Shown one piece after another: positions 24,210 through 35,140 of a DNA stretch of 64,000 nt. The notes under the pieces are model-generated. The model had not been told where the DNA came from. It saw only the letters and a list, made by a program, of their open reading frames with translations, and searched no databases. Source of the DNA: Hyphochytrium catenoides (lineage: Eukaryota; Protista; Hyphochytriomycota); NCBI GenBank assembly GCA_900088475.1, contig FLMG01000549.1:62001-126000 (forward strand), given 5' to 3'. The position numbers and the translations under genes were made by a program. The number at the start of each line of letters is the position of its first letter. Within the stretch, counting starts at the first letter, position 1.

Positions 24210-27200
24210 CTATTTGAAAGTGTTGAAGTCTCTGACTTCGTTAACGATCTCCATTGCCCGCCGTAGCAGAGTTCTCATCTCCATACACGTCGCTCGACGA
24301 GATGAGATGTCGTCAGTCTCTCGGAGCAGATCCCCCAATATCTCCTCTTTGTACAGGCTCGACACCAGTTCATTCTGGACATTGTCTATAGAAGCAAGAA
24401 AATAGACCTTAAGAGTGGATAAGTCTGAACATAGCCTCGCAGAATACCTTTGGCGTAGTTGACCAAGAAGTACATGATGGTCTTAGGCACGAGGTCCATG
24501 AAGTTCTTTCTTACAATGTCGAAATATGAGCTCATTAATGACTCTGGCGAGGGAAGAGCAAGCGACAAGATGTTATCCTCGGCAGAGAGCTAAACTAATA
24601 AAAGCCTTCATCTCTTTTCCTCGTTTAGCCCCTTTCCCCATGTCGGCGGGAATGAAGAGCAAGGCATACAAGAGCCGGGAAGAGAGGATAGGAACATGAG
24701 GACAGAAGCTGCGAGTTCCATTGGAAAACCAGCTGAAAGAGAGCGTATCTGTGTACTTACTGATGATCTCTGTCTCAATGCGCTCTCTATCTGTCGGGTT
24801 CTCCACTTGCCGCATGGTAGTGGGGACTTGAGGAAGACGAACTATTGTGTCCTTGTCCTTCCGCTTGGACCTTCCAAAGACTGAGGAGATGAATGACCGG
24901 TCTTCATCTTCGCTAGGCTGTGGTATGGGAGGAGGAGGAGGCGGTGATCGTGATGGGACTCCTTTTGGGTTGACTCCGCCCTGTACATGAACGAAATGGA
25001 TTGCTTTATACGGCGAAAGAAAAGGGCTCTGGTAGAAGAAGGCATCAACTGACCCTAGTGGTTCGACTAGCGTCCCTCTCGTCGTGCTGCATCTTGTCCA
25101 TCAGTTGGGCTACGGCACGACTAGCGATGGAAGAATAAGGGTCATAATAGCTGGCTCGGGTACAGAATCGCTGACTAACTAGACAGTACCTGCCTCCAAT
25201 AAAGTCTGGATGGTTTGTGTTGATGTAAGCAAGCTCGATCTGCACCAGATTAGAGATTGTGCTACATAGAAGAAAGGGTTTATGAGTTAGAGAGCCGGGA
25301 AGGGTTCAGAAGAGATGGTCCAGGCCGAGGGATAAATTGATTGAAAGACAGTGTAGAGGGAGAGAGTCCTACTTTCAAGGCTGTTACTCAATTATATACT
25401 TCGCATTACCTTTGGGTTGGTCCTAGGCGCTTCCTCAGCATAGCATATACGACGTCGATAACTCTATCCCTCAAATCTGCGAAGCGAGTCAACTCCATAG
25501 TCTCACATTGTGCAGTTACGCGCTGGAGCTCGTCGAAGACTAGATCGATACATTGCAGGCCCTGCCGATCCAGTTAGCACGTAGGACAAATGAAGGTAAA
25601 ACGGAACGAAGGACGGCAACAGTTGCGGGGTAATATGCACCAGAACGACGCAACTTTATATTGGCATTATATCGTGGGATGCTCAGTAAAGAGTAAGAAG
25701 CCTTGCGGCCCTACCGGCTGTTCCAAACGAGCAATTTGTCGTCTAGACAACAGTTCAAACGAAACTTCGGGCACGAATAGTGAAGGTCGTGGTCCATTTG
25801 CATTACGGATGGCTGTCCTAATGTCATCGTCTGATAGTCCATCGAAAGGGTTGACGCCCATCAAGCTCTTTGCGAATATTTCACTGAAGATGTAATTGAT
25901 CCGAGCACCTCCATAGAGCTCCGTCATCTCTACACCGTTCGAAGAGTTATACCGCCCCTCGAGAGAGTTCTGAAAATTAATGGCAAACTATGATGCGAGT
26001 GGGGAAGGGATCACGTTAGTCTTAGAGAAGGATAAACGTACCGAGTGGGTAAGACTTCGAGTTGAACAAGATAACAAGATACACAAAGGCGGACGGAGGA
26101 AGCTCCACCAGTATTTAAGAGAACCAGCCCACGTCGGCAGAAAAGACAAGTCATGTCACTGGCCAACAGGTTGAGGTCCAGGACAGGCGAAGCATGGGCA
26201 AAATTGCGTGGTACCTTTGAAATAATGTTAAGCAACACAGCCCCAAGTTCTGTCTTGCTCATACTAGATGTAGATTCTCCAATCTCTTGTAGCTCTTCTT
26301 CTATCTCAAGAATCATGGCACTGATCTTCGCTTTGATTTCAGGCAAACAATCGCGAATGTGCGCCATTAGGATCTGAAGCCAAAAGAGTAGCGTTTAGCG
26401 TGGATGGCGGAGGAGGTAATAGTGATGATGCCGGAGGAACGGATGTCAAAGGAATAGATCGTCCAAGGAGTCCAAAAATAAGGCACGTAACACTTAACAG
26501 ATTCCTCTTCGAGTCACGAGTGCGCGGATGAGAAGAACACGCTTGATGAGCTGAGAATTGACCTGATTGAGATTTTTGGAGAGAAACGGTGTTCCCATTC
26601 GCTGCGACATTCCTCTATAAGCAGGATGCTGTTGAAAATATTGTGCTTCCTTCTTGAGACTGTCCTTAATGCTGACGTCATTTATAATATCTTGCTGGCT
26701 TCTGCAGACCACACCAACAAACCCTCTACGAAGCGGAATTATACGACCCTATCATAGGAGAGCAGAAAACATCAGCGATGGACAAGGCGTGACCGGAGTC
26801 CTGAAACAAGGTTAGCCAACAGCAGACGGACCAAGTTGAACGGCGAAGTGAGAGGTGCCAAGCATATGCGTTTCACTGCAGATATCTGACCTGGAGCATT
26901 TCCAAAGCATCCGTGCCCTGGTCCATGAGGTCTAGCTTTGTCAGTACCCCAATCGTCCTTGCGCCCTGTTAGAGCGAACGTTAGATTACCACCAGGTCGA
27001 AGGCACAAGAGCGGGCAAGTACCTACCTCGGCGTCCACCTTCCGTGCCATTTTTAGCGCATCACTTCATCAAAGAACATAAGGGTATCAATGGAGAAGAC
27101 AAAGAGCCCGACAAAGAGCCCGTGCGTTAAAGAGAGCTACGAGCGGGAACCTAGCGACTATTGTTGAAGAAAGTGCAATGATGACGCAGACTAGAGTGGC

Positions 27201-28159
27201 GAACCAGGCAGCTGTAGATCGAAGAGAGTCTGGTCCAGCTGGAACGGTGAATAGACGATGAAGATGATAGATTGTTATCCCTTAAACAATAAACACACCT
27301 GTTTGCAAGGTCTGTGTTGGCAGCCGTGACCGCTAGAATGATTGAGTTAGGATTCGAGATGAACTCAAAGCACATTTCTGCGATCTGCTCTTCAATGTTC
27401 ACAGGCTGGTCCCCTACGGGAACCTGGCAGAAAATTGTTAGGTGGCAGCATAAGACACAGCGCAAGCTTAAACCAGAGATAGAATCACGTAGGATGGATG
27501 AAGAAGGGGGAGGGAACAGCGTAAGAGGAAGAATCCTCTTCCTCTTCAACGAGGTGAGAGAGGATGACAGTACGTCCCGACCTTAGTGATCCCAGGCAAG
27601 TCAACTAGGGTCAGGTTCAGGACGTTGGGAGAATAGATCCGAAGGTTAATGCTCCGATTGGAAATGCCTTTATTCTTGCCGGTCAGTCGCTCTGTCTCGC
27701 GCTCAATTTCCCTCCTGATTTCCTGAAAGTCCGTGAACTTCTTGTCCGGAACGTGGAGGAATTCGCCCCACTCATCACCTTCTGCAACTCCTGAGACACC
27801 AATAGATGAGTCTCCATCTTTTTGTGCCACTAGAGACAAATAGTACCGCACCTCCCTCTTCAGCGCCTTTCGCAGCGGGGACATTGTAAAGCTGGAGCAC
27901 CAGGGGTCGACGAGTAACTACACCTACTCCCCGAGGTAAGAAGTCTCTGTTTGTAAGGAGCGAGACTGTTAGGTTGAGATAGGGATGAATGACTTCTGGG
28001 CGAAATCTACCTTCCCACGATGCTTTCAAGAACAGAGCTCTTGCCGCTACTTTGACTCCCAATGACGACGATCTGTGGCAAGTCTATAGGCGACTGTCCA
28101 ATGGCGTTGAAGACATCTTGCAGCTTGTTGATGATTGGGATAAGCTGTTTCATCGTCAT
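24210..28159 (-). CDS. DRP1: Dynamin-related GTPase (DRP1/Dnm1/Vps1 class; GTPase, middle and GED domains, no PH), multi-exon
   Basis: [101 protein letters not shown]; ends [11 protein letters not shown]. Confidence 0.92.
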
Positions 28160-29194
28160 CTGATCCAGGCCTTACCCACAGGGACAAAATGACCCTTGCA
28201 GCGCTTTGAGAAGTGATAATCCTCCGTTCTCAAAAAGCAAGGTACAGATTCTATCCTGCAGCAGCCTGCGGAATGATAGCACGTCGTGTTCCCGGATCAG
28301 GTTCACGTATAGTCGGCGATCTCACGATATCTTAGTGGAGGTGATCTATATTCAAGCGTGGCAGCAGACTCTTTTGGACCAGCTAACGAAGCACTGCGCA
28401 AAGGCTGGCCGTTGAGGCTCTCAGGGATCAAACGAAGTCGAGTATGATCCTAGGGGTCCTAGCGCTGTTAGTCTGCTGCTTATGACGCCGCTTTGGTCAA
28501 TCAATCAATGGGATCAGATGATCAGACAAATGAAGATCGTTCGGAAGCTCTGTCCGCCCTCCCACTATGAAAGCAGTCGATAGAATGGGTTTACAAACGC
28601 AGTCATTTATGCTTAGGACGGCTCTCACACAGCTCGTTCAGGCAAAATGAACCGACACTTGGGAAACAAATCGGCCATCATCGTGTTCCAGAGTGTGATT
28701 ATTTATGATAGGCACATTATTCTCCCAGATATTCCTGAAAAGGCGCGTTAAAAGCCATACTGATCTGTAACGTCGGTCCGAACCTGAAAGCTCCCTCTCT
28801 CTCTCATGGCATCCTCCGCCCCAGCACAGGCCTGCGAGCTTTATTATGAGATGCTGCTGACTGATGGTCAAGTCTATGATGTGTACCCATCGGAGGGTCT
28901 TCAATCTTCAAGCTTCTCAGCTCCCAGGCCAGAAGGTCCTTGAGAGGTTATGCAGAGACTGGCATTGTAATCACCATCAGAAGACAGGTCCAGCTGCATT
29001 GCCACTTTCGTATGCAGCAGAATCCTCATCAACAGCTTCTGTGTATTGATGATACCACCGTCACGTCGGCGAAGAAGTTGCCGTCACGACTGGCAAGGCT
29101 GTAGGGCCCATAGGACGAGAGCCAGGCCCAGGAGGTAGAGGTGTAGTCTTCTCTCCCCCAAATAGTGTTGGGCGGCAAAGGAGTATGGTTCCGT

Positions 29195-31699
29195 CTATTT
29201 GACCTTGAAGCTCTGATAGAATTGCAAGGTTTCCTTCGTAATCTGGGGTTTGATCACTTCCAGCGCCTTTTCAAAATGGCGCAGGCTGACGTATGGAATA
29301 CTGAAGTCCTCCTCCAGCGCAAACATAGAGGCTTCCCGGCAGAGGGAGGCCAATTCCGCTCCTGAAAAGTTAAAAGTTCTAAAGGCAAGGTCCTTGGATG
29401 AAACATCTGGACCACAGGGCACCCGTCGCAGATGTATAGATAGGATCTCCACTCGGGCCTCGAGGTCTGGCGGTGCCACATAGATTAACCTGTCAATCCT
29501 CCCGGGACGGAGCAGGGCTTGGTCAATGATATCTGGTCTATTAGTGGCAGCGATGACCACAACTCTCTTCAATGACTCTATTCCGTCCAGCTCTGACAGC
29601 AGTTGGCTCAACACTCGATCGGCTACACCTGAGCCTCCTCCTGCCCCACCACTGCCACCTCTTTGAACGGCTAGGGCATCTATTTCATCGAAGAAGACGA
29701 TGGTGGGAGCTGCAGCCCTTGCTTTCCGAAAGATACCCTGCACCGCCTTCTCTGAGTCCCCCACCCATCTCGAGAGAAGCTCTGGCCCCTTCACTGCAAT
29801 AAAGTTCATTGAGCTCTCTGTGGCCAGTGCCTTTGCCAGAAGAGTCTTGCTGCAACCCGGCGGGCCGTAGAGAAGGACCCCTTTTGGAGCACGTATCCCC
29901 ATACGGACAAACGCCTCTGGATGCTTCAACGGCCACTCCACGGCTTCTTTGAGCTGCTGCTTGGTCTCTGCCTGGCCCCCAATGTCTCCCCAGAAAACCT
30001 TTGGCACCTCCACACTCACATCGCGCAGCGCACTAGGTCGCGTCTTGCTAGTCGCCAATACTAAGTCTTCGAAGGAGATTAAGGGGCTTACATCTATTGC
30101 AGGGCCGGCCGAAGTGGAGAGGAAAGCCCTATGAAGCGCTACCAAGGCAGCTTCCTTGGTTACCTGTAGCAGATCTGCGCCAACAAAGCCATGTGTCCTA
30201 GCGGCCACCGCTTTTATCTCCTCCTCAGTGATAGCCGTAGGAAGCTTTCTCAGATAGATCTTCAAAATCTCAGCTCGACCAGCTTCAGAAGGAATGCCGA
30301 TCTCGATCTCCCGGTCCAATCTCCCAGGCCTTCGAAGCGCCGGATCCAAAGCATCTGGACGGTTCGTAGCAGCTAGGACGACCACGCTTGCGCTGGAATT
30401 CGTGCCATCCAAGAGTGTTAGGAGTGTAGCCACGACTCTCTTCTCCACCTCTCCGGCAGCCCCGTCTCTCTTTGGGCAGAGGGAGTCGATCTCGTCAATA
30501 AAGACGATGGAGGGAGCGCTTCGGGCAGCCTCCTGAAAGATGGAGCGCAGTCGAGCTTCGCTTTCGCCTACGTACTTGTCCATAATCTCTGGCCCATTGA
30601 CGATGTGAAAGGCAGCATGAATTTCCTTAGCAATGGTCCTTGCGATCAGGGTCTTCCCAGTTCCTGGCGGCCCATACATTAGCACGCCCCGTGGTGGTCG
30701 GAGGCCGAATGAAAGAAAGCACTCTGGGTTTATAAGTGGCAGTTCAATGAGCTCCCTAATAGCTGCTACCTGATCCGCCAGACCGCCAATATCTGTAAAT
30801 CCACCTCCCTCGCTGGCCACTTCCGTCTTGTACTTTCCCATCTTCTTCTTCAAGGCATCCTCCGTCCCAGCAAACACGAACACTGTCTCAGGTCCGACGA
30901 GGGAGACCAACGTTCCAGGACCATCTCGCCCTGCTAAAGCCTCATTAGAAGGTTGAACTTTTAAGACATTTAGTTGTCTAGTTTTGCCATATGCAGGAGC
31001 TGTGAGGATGGCTCCCTCGAACACGTATGATCCACGCAGAACAAACTTAAGATATGCTTGGAAGAGCGTCGTTTCCTCCTCGTCGAGGTTACCCTGCTGT
31101 AGAGCCTCTACGTTGCCCACAGATAGAGTCACCATCTCCGCGTAATCACCGCCATTGAAACTCTCTAGGAAGCGGTCAGCCCAGAAAGACCTATTCTGCG
31201 AGAGCTCTTGCAGTTTACTAGACCACACTTTAGATATCGAGGCCTTCCCCGCTTTCAACTCCCTCAGAGGCCACGCCCTCCCTACCATCAAAAGCCTTTC
31301 GCTTGTTTTTAGGGCACCATTGTTACTAGTGGTTTCCATCGAGACGAGCTTCAGCACATCGCCAGAATGAATGCCATAGGTACGCATGTCCTCTAAGGAT
31401 AGACATATCCGAGAGCCATCCCCATTTCCGTGTCCTTTGTCCGTATTCACCGACACAGCCAGAGGCAGTCGCCGACCACCGTCATCTCTGACGTTGTCTG
31501 GGCACTCTAGGCGTAAATTAGAGAGAAGGTCTGCAGCATCCAAAACATCCGAGAGGCTGGTCCCACTAGTCTGAGCTTTCTCCCTCAAGACAGGGGTTGC
31601 TCGCGGGGGTTTCCCGGTTGATGACTCCGCTCTCCTTTCAGCTTTAACAAGAGGAGAGGGTGTCTTTGCTTTACCGGGTTTTTTCTTTGATGATGGCAT
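29195..31699 (-). CDS. AFG2: Double AAA+ ATPase of the AFG2/SPATA5 (Drg1) family; intronless
   Basis: Two Walker A/B modules (GPPGTGKT/IFIDEID and GPPGCSKT/FFDEID), SRH ALRRPGRLDRE and ALLRPGRIDR. GPPGCSKT in D2 is typical of AFG2/SPATA5. First ATG at 31699. Confidence 0.88.
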   Translation of the reverse strand: MPSSKKKPGKAKTPSPLVKAERRAESSTGKPPRATPVLREKAQTSGTSLSDVLDAADLLSNLRLECPDNVRDDGGRRLPLAVSVNTDKGHGNGDGSRICLSLEDMRTYGIHSGDVLKLVSMETTSNNGALKTSERLLMVGRAWPLRELKAGKASISKVWSSKLQELSQNRSFWADRFLESFNGGDYAEMVTLSVGNVEALQQGNLDEEETTLFQAYLKFVLRGSYVFEGAILTAPAYGKTRQLNVLKVQPSNEALAGRDGPGTLVSLVGPETVFVFAGTEDALKKKMGKYKTEVASEGGGFTDIGGLADQVAAIRELIELPLINPECFLSFGLRPPRGVLMYGPPGTGKTLIARTIAKEIHAAFHIVNGPEIMDKYVGESEARLRSIFQEAARSAPSIVFIDEIDSLCPKRDGAAGEVEKRVVATLLTLLDGTNSSASVVVLAATNRPDALDPALRRPGRLDREIEIGIPSEAGRAEILKIYLRKLPTAITEEEIKAVAARTHGFVGADLLQVTKEAALVALHRAFLSTSAGPAIDVSPLISFEDLVLATSKTRPSALRDVSVEVPKVFWGDIGGQAETKQQLKEAVEWPLKHPEAFVRMGIRAPKGVLLYGPPGCSKTLLAKALATESSMNFIAVKGPELLSRWVGDSEKAVQGIFRKARAAAPTIVFFDEIDALAVQRGGSGGAGGGSGVADRVLSQLLSELDGIESLKRVVVIAATNRPDIIDQALLRPGRIDRLIYVAPPDLEARVEILSIHLRRVPCGPDVSSKDLAFRTFNFSGAELASLCREASMFALEEDFSIPYVSLRHFEKALEVIKPQITKETLQFYQSFKVK

Positions 31700-34600
31700 C
31701 GTGCAGTGCAAGAACGGTCATCAAGTTCGACCACGGTTCCGCAATGATCACCCTCGAGCCGCCGTCATAAAGGTTACCTTGACCTCAAAGTCATTGCTCT
31801 AGCTGTCTCAATGGCTCTGGACCCCAGTACCTAGACTGCCCGATCGACCTCCTGGCGCTGCTTGTGTTACCCTGGCAGGCTGGCCCAGACTGAAGGCAGA
31901 GATCGGTTGATGCTTGGACTGATGATGGATCTCAACAATTCCACGATACGAAGACAGCCTTCATTGTTTCACGCTGCGTTCAGATAACCAAGAAGTGTCA
32001 AAAGTGCTAATTCACGGCTTATTTAACGACGCACTGCCAATGTAGGTACTGTAAATATACAATGTCCCTTCATCAGCCAAAGAATCGTATTATTGTACTT
32101 GACAGGAACAGAGTCAATTATGGAGACGCAAGGTCAATAATGGTAGAATTGTGAAGATTGGATGAGATGAGCTCTGAATTTGATGTGATGAATAGAAAAA
32201 TGGTGATGACACTCTGGAGGAGGAGGTGGAGGAGGTACTACACAGAAGTTATAATAAAGAGGCTCTCTTTACTATGGTGGGTGCCTCACAGACTTCCCTC
32301 GTCCTCTTACGCAGGAGCTCCTCATTAGAGAAGAAGATTGATGTCGTTGCCTGGGCCCGACCAGCGAGCTGCCCGCACCACAGCTTTTAGCAGTGCAGGC
32401 CGATAAATATTCTTATTGATGTCTCGAGCCAAGACCAACCGAATAATAGTCTATCAACTAGCTTGAGGATAGTATGATAATAACTGCATGGAGGCATGAT
32501 GGTGCTTGTTTACCTATGTAGTAGCACACGCAACACACCTGGTACCCAGGTATCTGCTAGTTCTGTTCTACCCGATAGACAGAACTGTTCACAAGGATAC
32601 TACCACCGCTTATCATCCTCCTCCTCTAATCCCTGTCTCCATGTTTGGCCTTCTTTTTGCTGTAAGAATCGTGCATCTCTGCGCTAAGCCTTCTTTTGTC
32701 GTACCAAGTGACCCCATCACTATAGAGGTATTTCTCTCATCATCACCCCGCCCTATTACTCCCCCAACCGCCAATTGTTAGAGTCATCAACATATAATAG
32801 GTTAGGCCAATTCATTTTTAAATTGTGTACATAGGCGCAGCACGCCGCCCCCTTGGTGCCATGATAAGGATAGCAGACATACACCAATAGCTGCTCTTTG
32901 GCATAGTTGACAAACGAGAAAGAACTCAGTAAAGGACAACCAGTGACATTGCCATAACCTCACAGCAGCATAAGAGTGCTTAGGTTAACAATTCGATGGG
33001 AGACTGGCTTCACATCCTCGGACGAGGGCAAAGACATATACGGAGTAAGTTGTGAAGGGGAAGCAGGAGAAGGGACAAGGGTTTGCAGTATTATGCGGAC
33101 GAGAAGGGCACAATAAGTGTCGCCTGTGGGACTTTCTGAGCTGCTTTCGTGATAATAACCAATCACGACGGGCAGCCCGAATGATGACTTCTTATTAACC
33201 ACTTTGCTATAAATGCTATGTACTGGTATAATCGCAGACAAGCCTATGTGTACCTCGCTATGCTTGCTTCAATGTCTTGCTGCTTTTTTGTCTCTTCCTT
33301 GACAAGGGCCAACCTCCACCTGACTGGTTAGGGGTTTTTGACTCAGGAGGACAGGACTGCAACGCCTTGCAGCTTGGCCCTCCTGAAAGCACTTGTTTAT
33401 GGTTGGTTTGAGCTTAGCGCCACAATAGCATTAAATTTGTTCTTGGAAGTAAGTGCCTCCTCCTTCTTTCTGAACTCCTCTCATCTATTACAGTCTGGCG
33501 ATCTCTGCCCTCCTTTCCTCTATTACAGTCAGACTATCATTGCAGATCACTCGTCTGGTCCAACTCATGTTGGATGGTGAAGGTTTGTTGCCTGTTGCCT
33601 GCACCTCACCCGAATCAGTCTCCATAATAAGGGTAGCCCGGCTCTAAGAAATAACGGCTTCTGGTGATCATCAGCCTCTCCAGATGCCACAACAAACAAG
33701 GGCAACAGGGGAGGAAGGACCAAAGGAAGGTCGTCAGAGAGTGGGAAGTGTAAGTAGTACTCGTAGAACCCTATAGAAAGTCCTACTAGGCTAGCCACAG
33801 CAGATGCAACAGATGATTCATCACTGAGATAATGCTTGATGGGGGACTCAGCACCCGCTGACCGTGCTGCTTGGTCAGCTTACAGACAGACAGCAGGGTG
33901 CGACAGACAGAGTGAGGGGAAGGGGAAGAAGCCCACAAGAGGCCTAATCAATATGAGAGGAAGCGGCAGCACATCGTGACAGAGAGAGAGAGAGATAGAG
34001 AGTCAGTCATAGCTTTGTCAGTTATTATTATTATCGGTGCATCTACACAAACAGGAAACGGACAGCTCCCAGAAAAGGATAGGAGAGGTGATGTCCGAAT
34101 CCTACGAGTACTATTTTCCCCTCACACTGTATCTTGGACTTGCAAGGTTCCGTTGTTGTAGTAATATTTTGTGCATCATCTCGAATGTACCTCTTCGTTC
34201 TTTCGGAAATTCTTATGGTTGGAAGCAGGGACCACGTTTACTACTTCTCTCTGGAGTTAGGCTCACATACCTTCAATACATCTTGAGTGTGCTCCAGGGT
34301 TACTAGAACCCACTCTTACTCGCTTCGCTCTCTCTCTGTCTCGTCCGTTCTTCCCCTTCTGTCTTTGAGGGGCTGTTAGCCAGCCATCAGAGGTAGTGAC
34401 ACACGCCTTCACCTATAGGCAGGTGAGAGAACACGAAAGAAACCACGAGAGACAGAGGCGCTACAGAGATTAAATGTTCTTGCAAAAGCACTGGACACCT
34501 TGAGACAGAGACAGGTGAAATAGAAAACTTGGTACCTGGTCAGTCAGTTCAAAGTACAGAACTCGGTCATAACACCAACACTGAGACAGAGGCGGAGAAT

Positions 34601-35140
34601 GCGAGAGAAAGAACGCCCCCTATGCGGTCTATTATGTATACCAGTAGCGATGAGGAGAATAAGGAGGTAGAGGAAAGAGATATGCAGACACACCAGAGGG
34701 GTGTTATCACTGGCTAACGCCCAACTTCCCAGACTCTTTTGACATGCACACGCGAGCCCTCCACGTAGTTTTCCCAGGTTTGGCAGGGAATTGTGCCGCC
34801 GCTGCCGCTGCCTCCGGCTCTTCGCTTCTTCTGCCCACAACCTTTCTCGAACTTGGAGCTCATTGCTCCCTTGTGTCCAAAGACCAGAAGGAGCTTTTGC
34901 TGGAGTTCCTTGCGCTCTAGCGCAGTACAGCTAGAGCGAGAAGCACCTAGGAACAACTAGAGTGCCAATGAACAAAGGAGTTCGTGCTGTTGTCAATTTA
35001 TTTATTCAGATGCCAAGCGTGATACAACGGCCTTGGTGTTGCTGTTAGCTTTTCATACTTGGAAGCAGCGGTCTCAGCGAGCTTTGCCACCGATTAGGCC
35101 TTACGTGATAATACTCTAGAACAACCGTGCCTCTCCCGCC

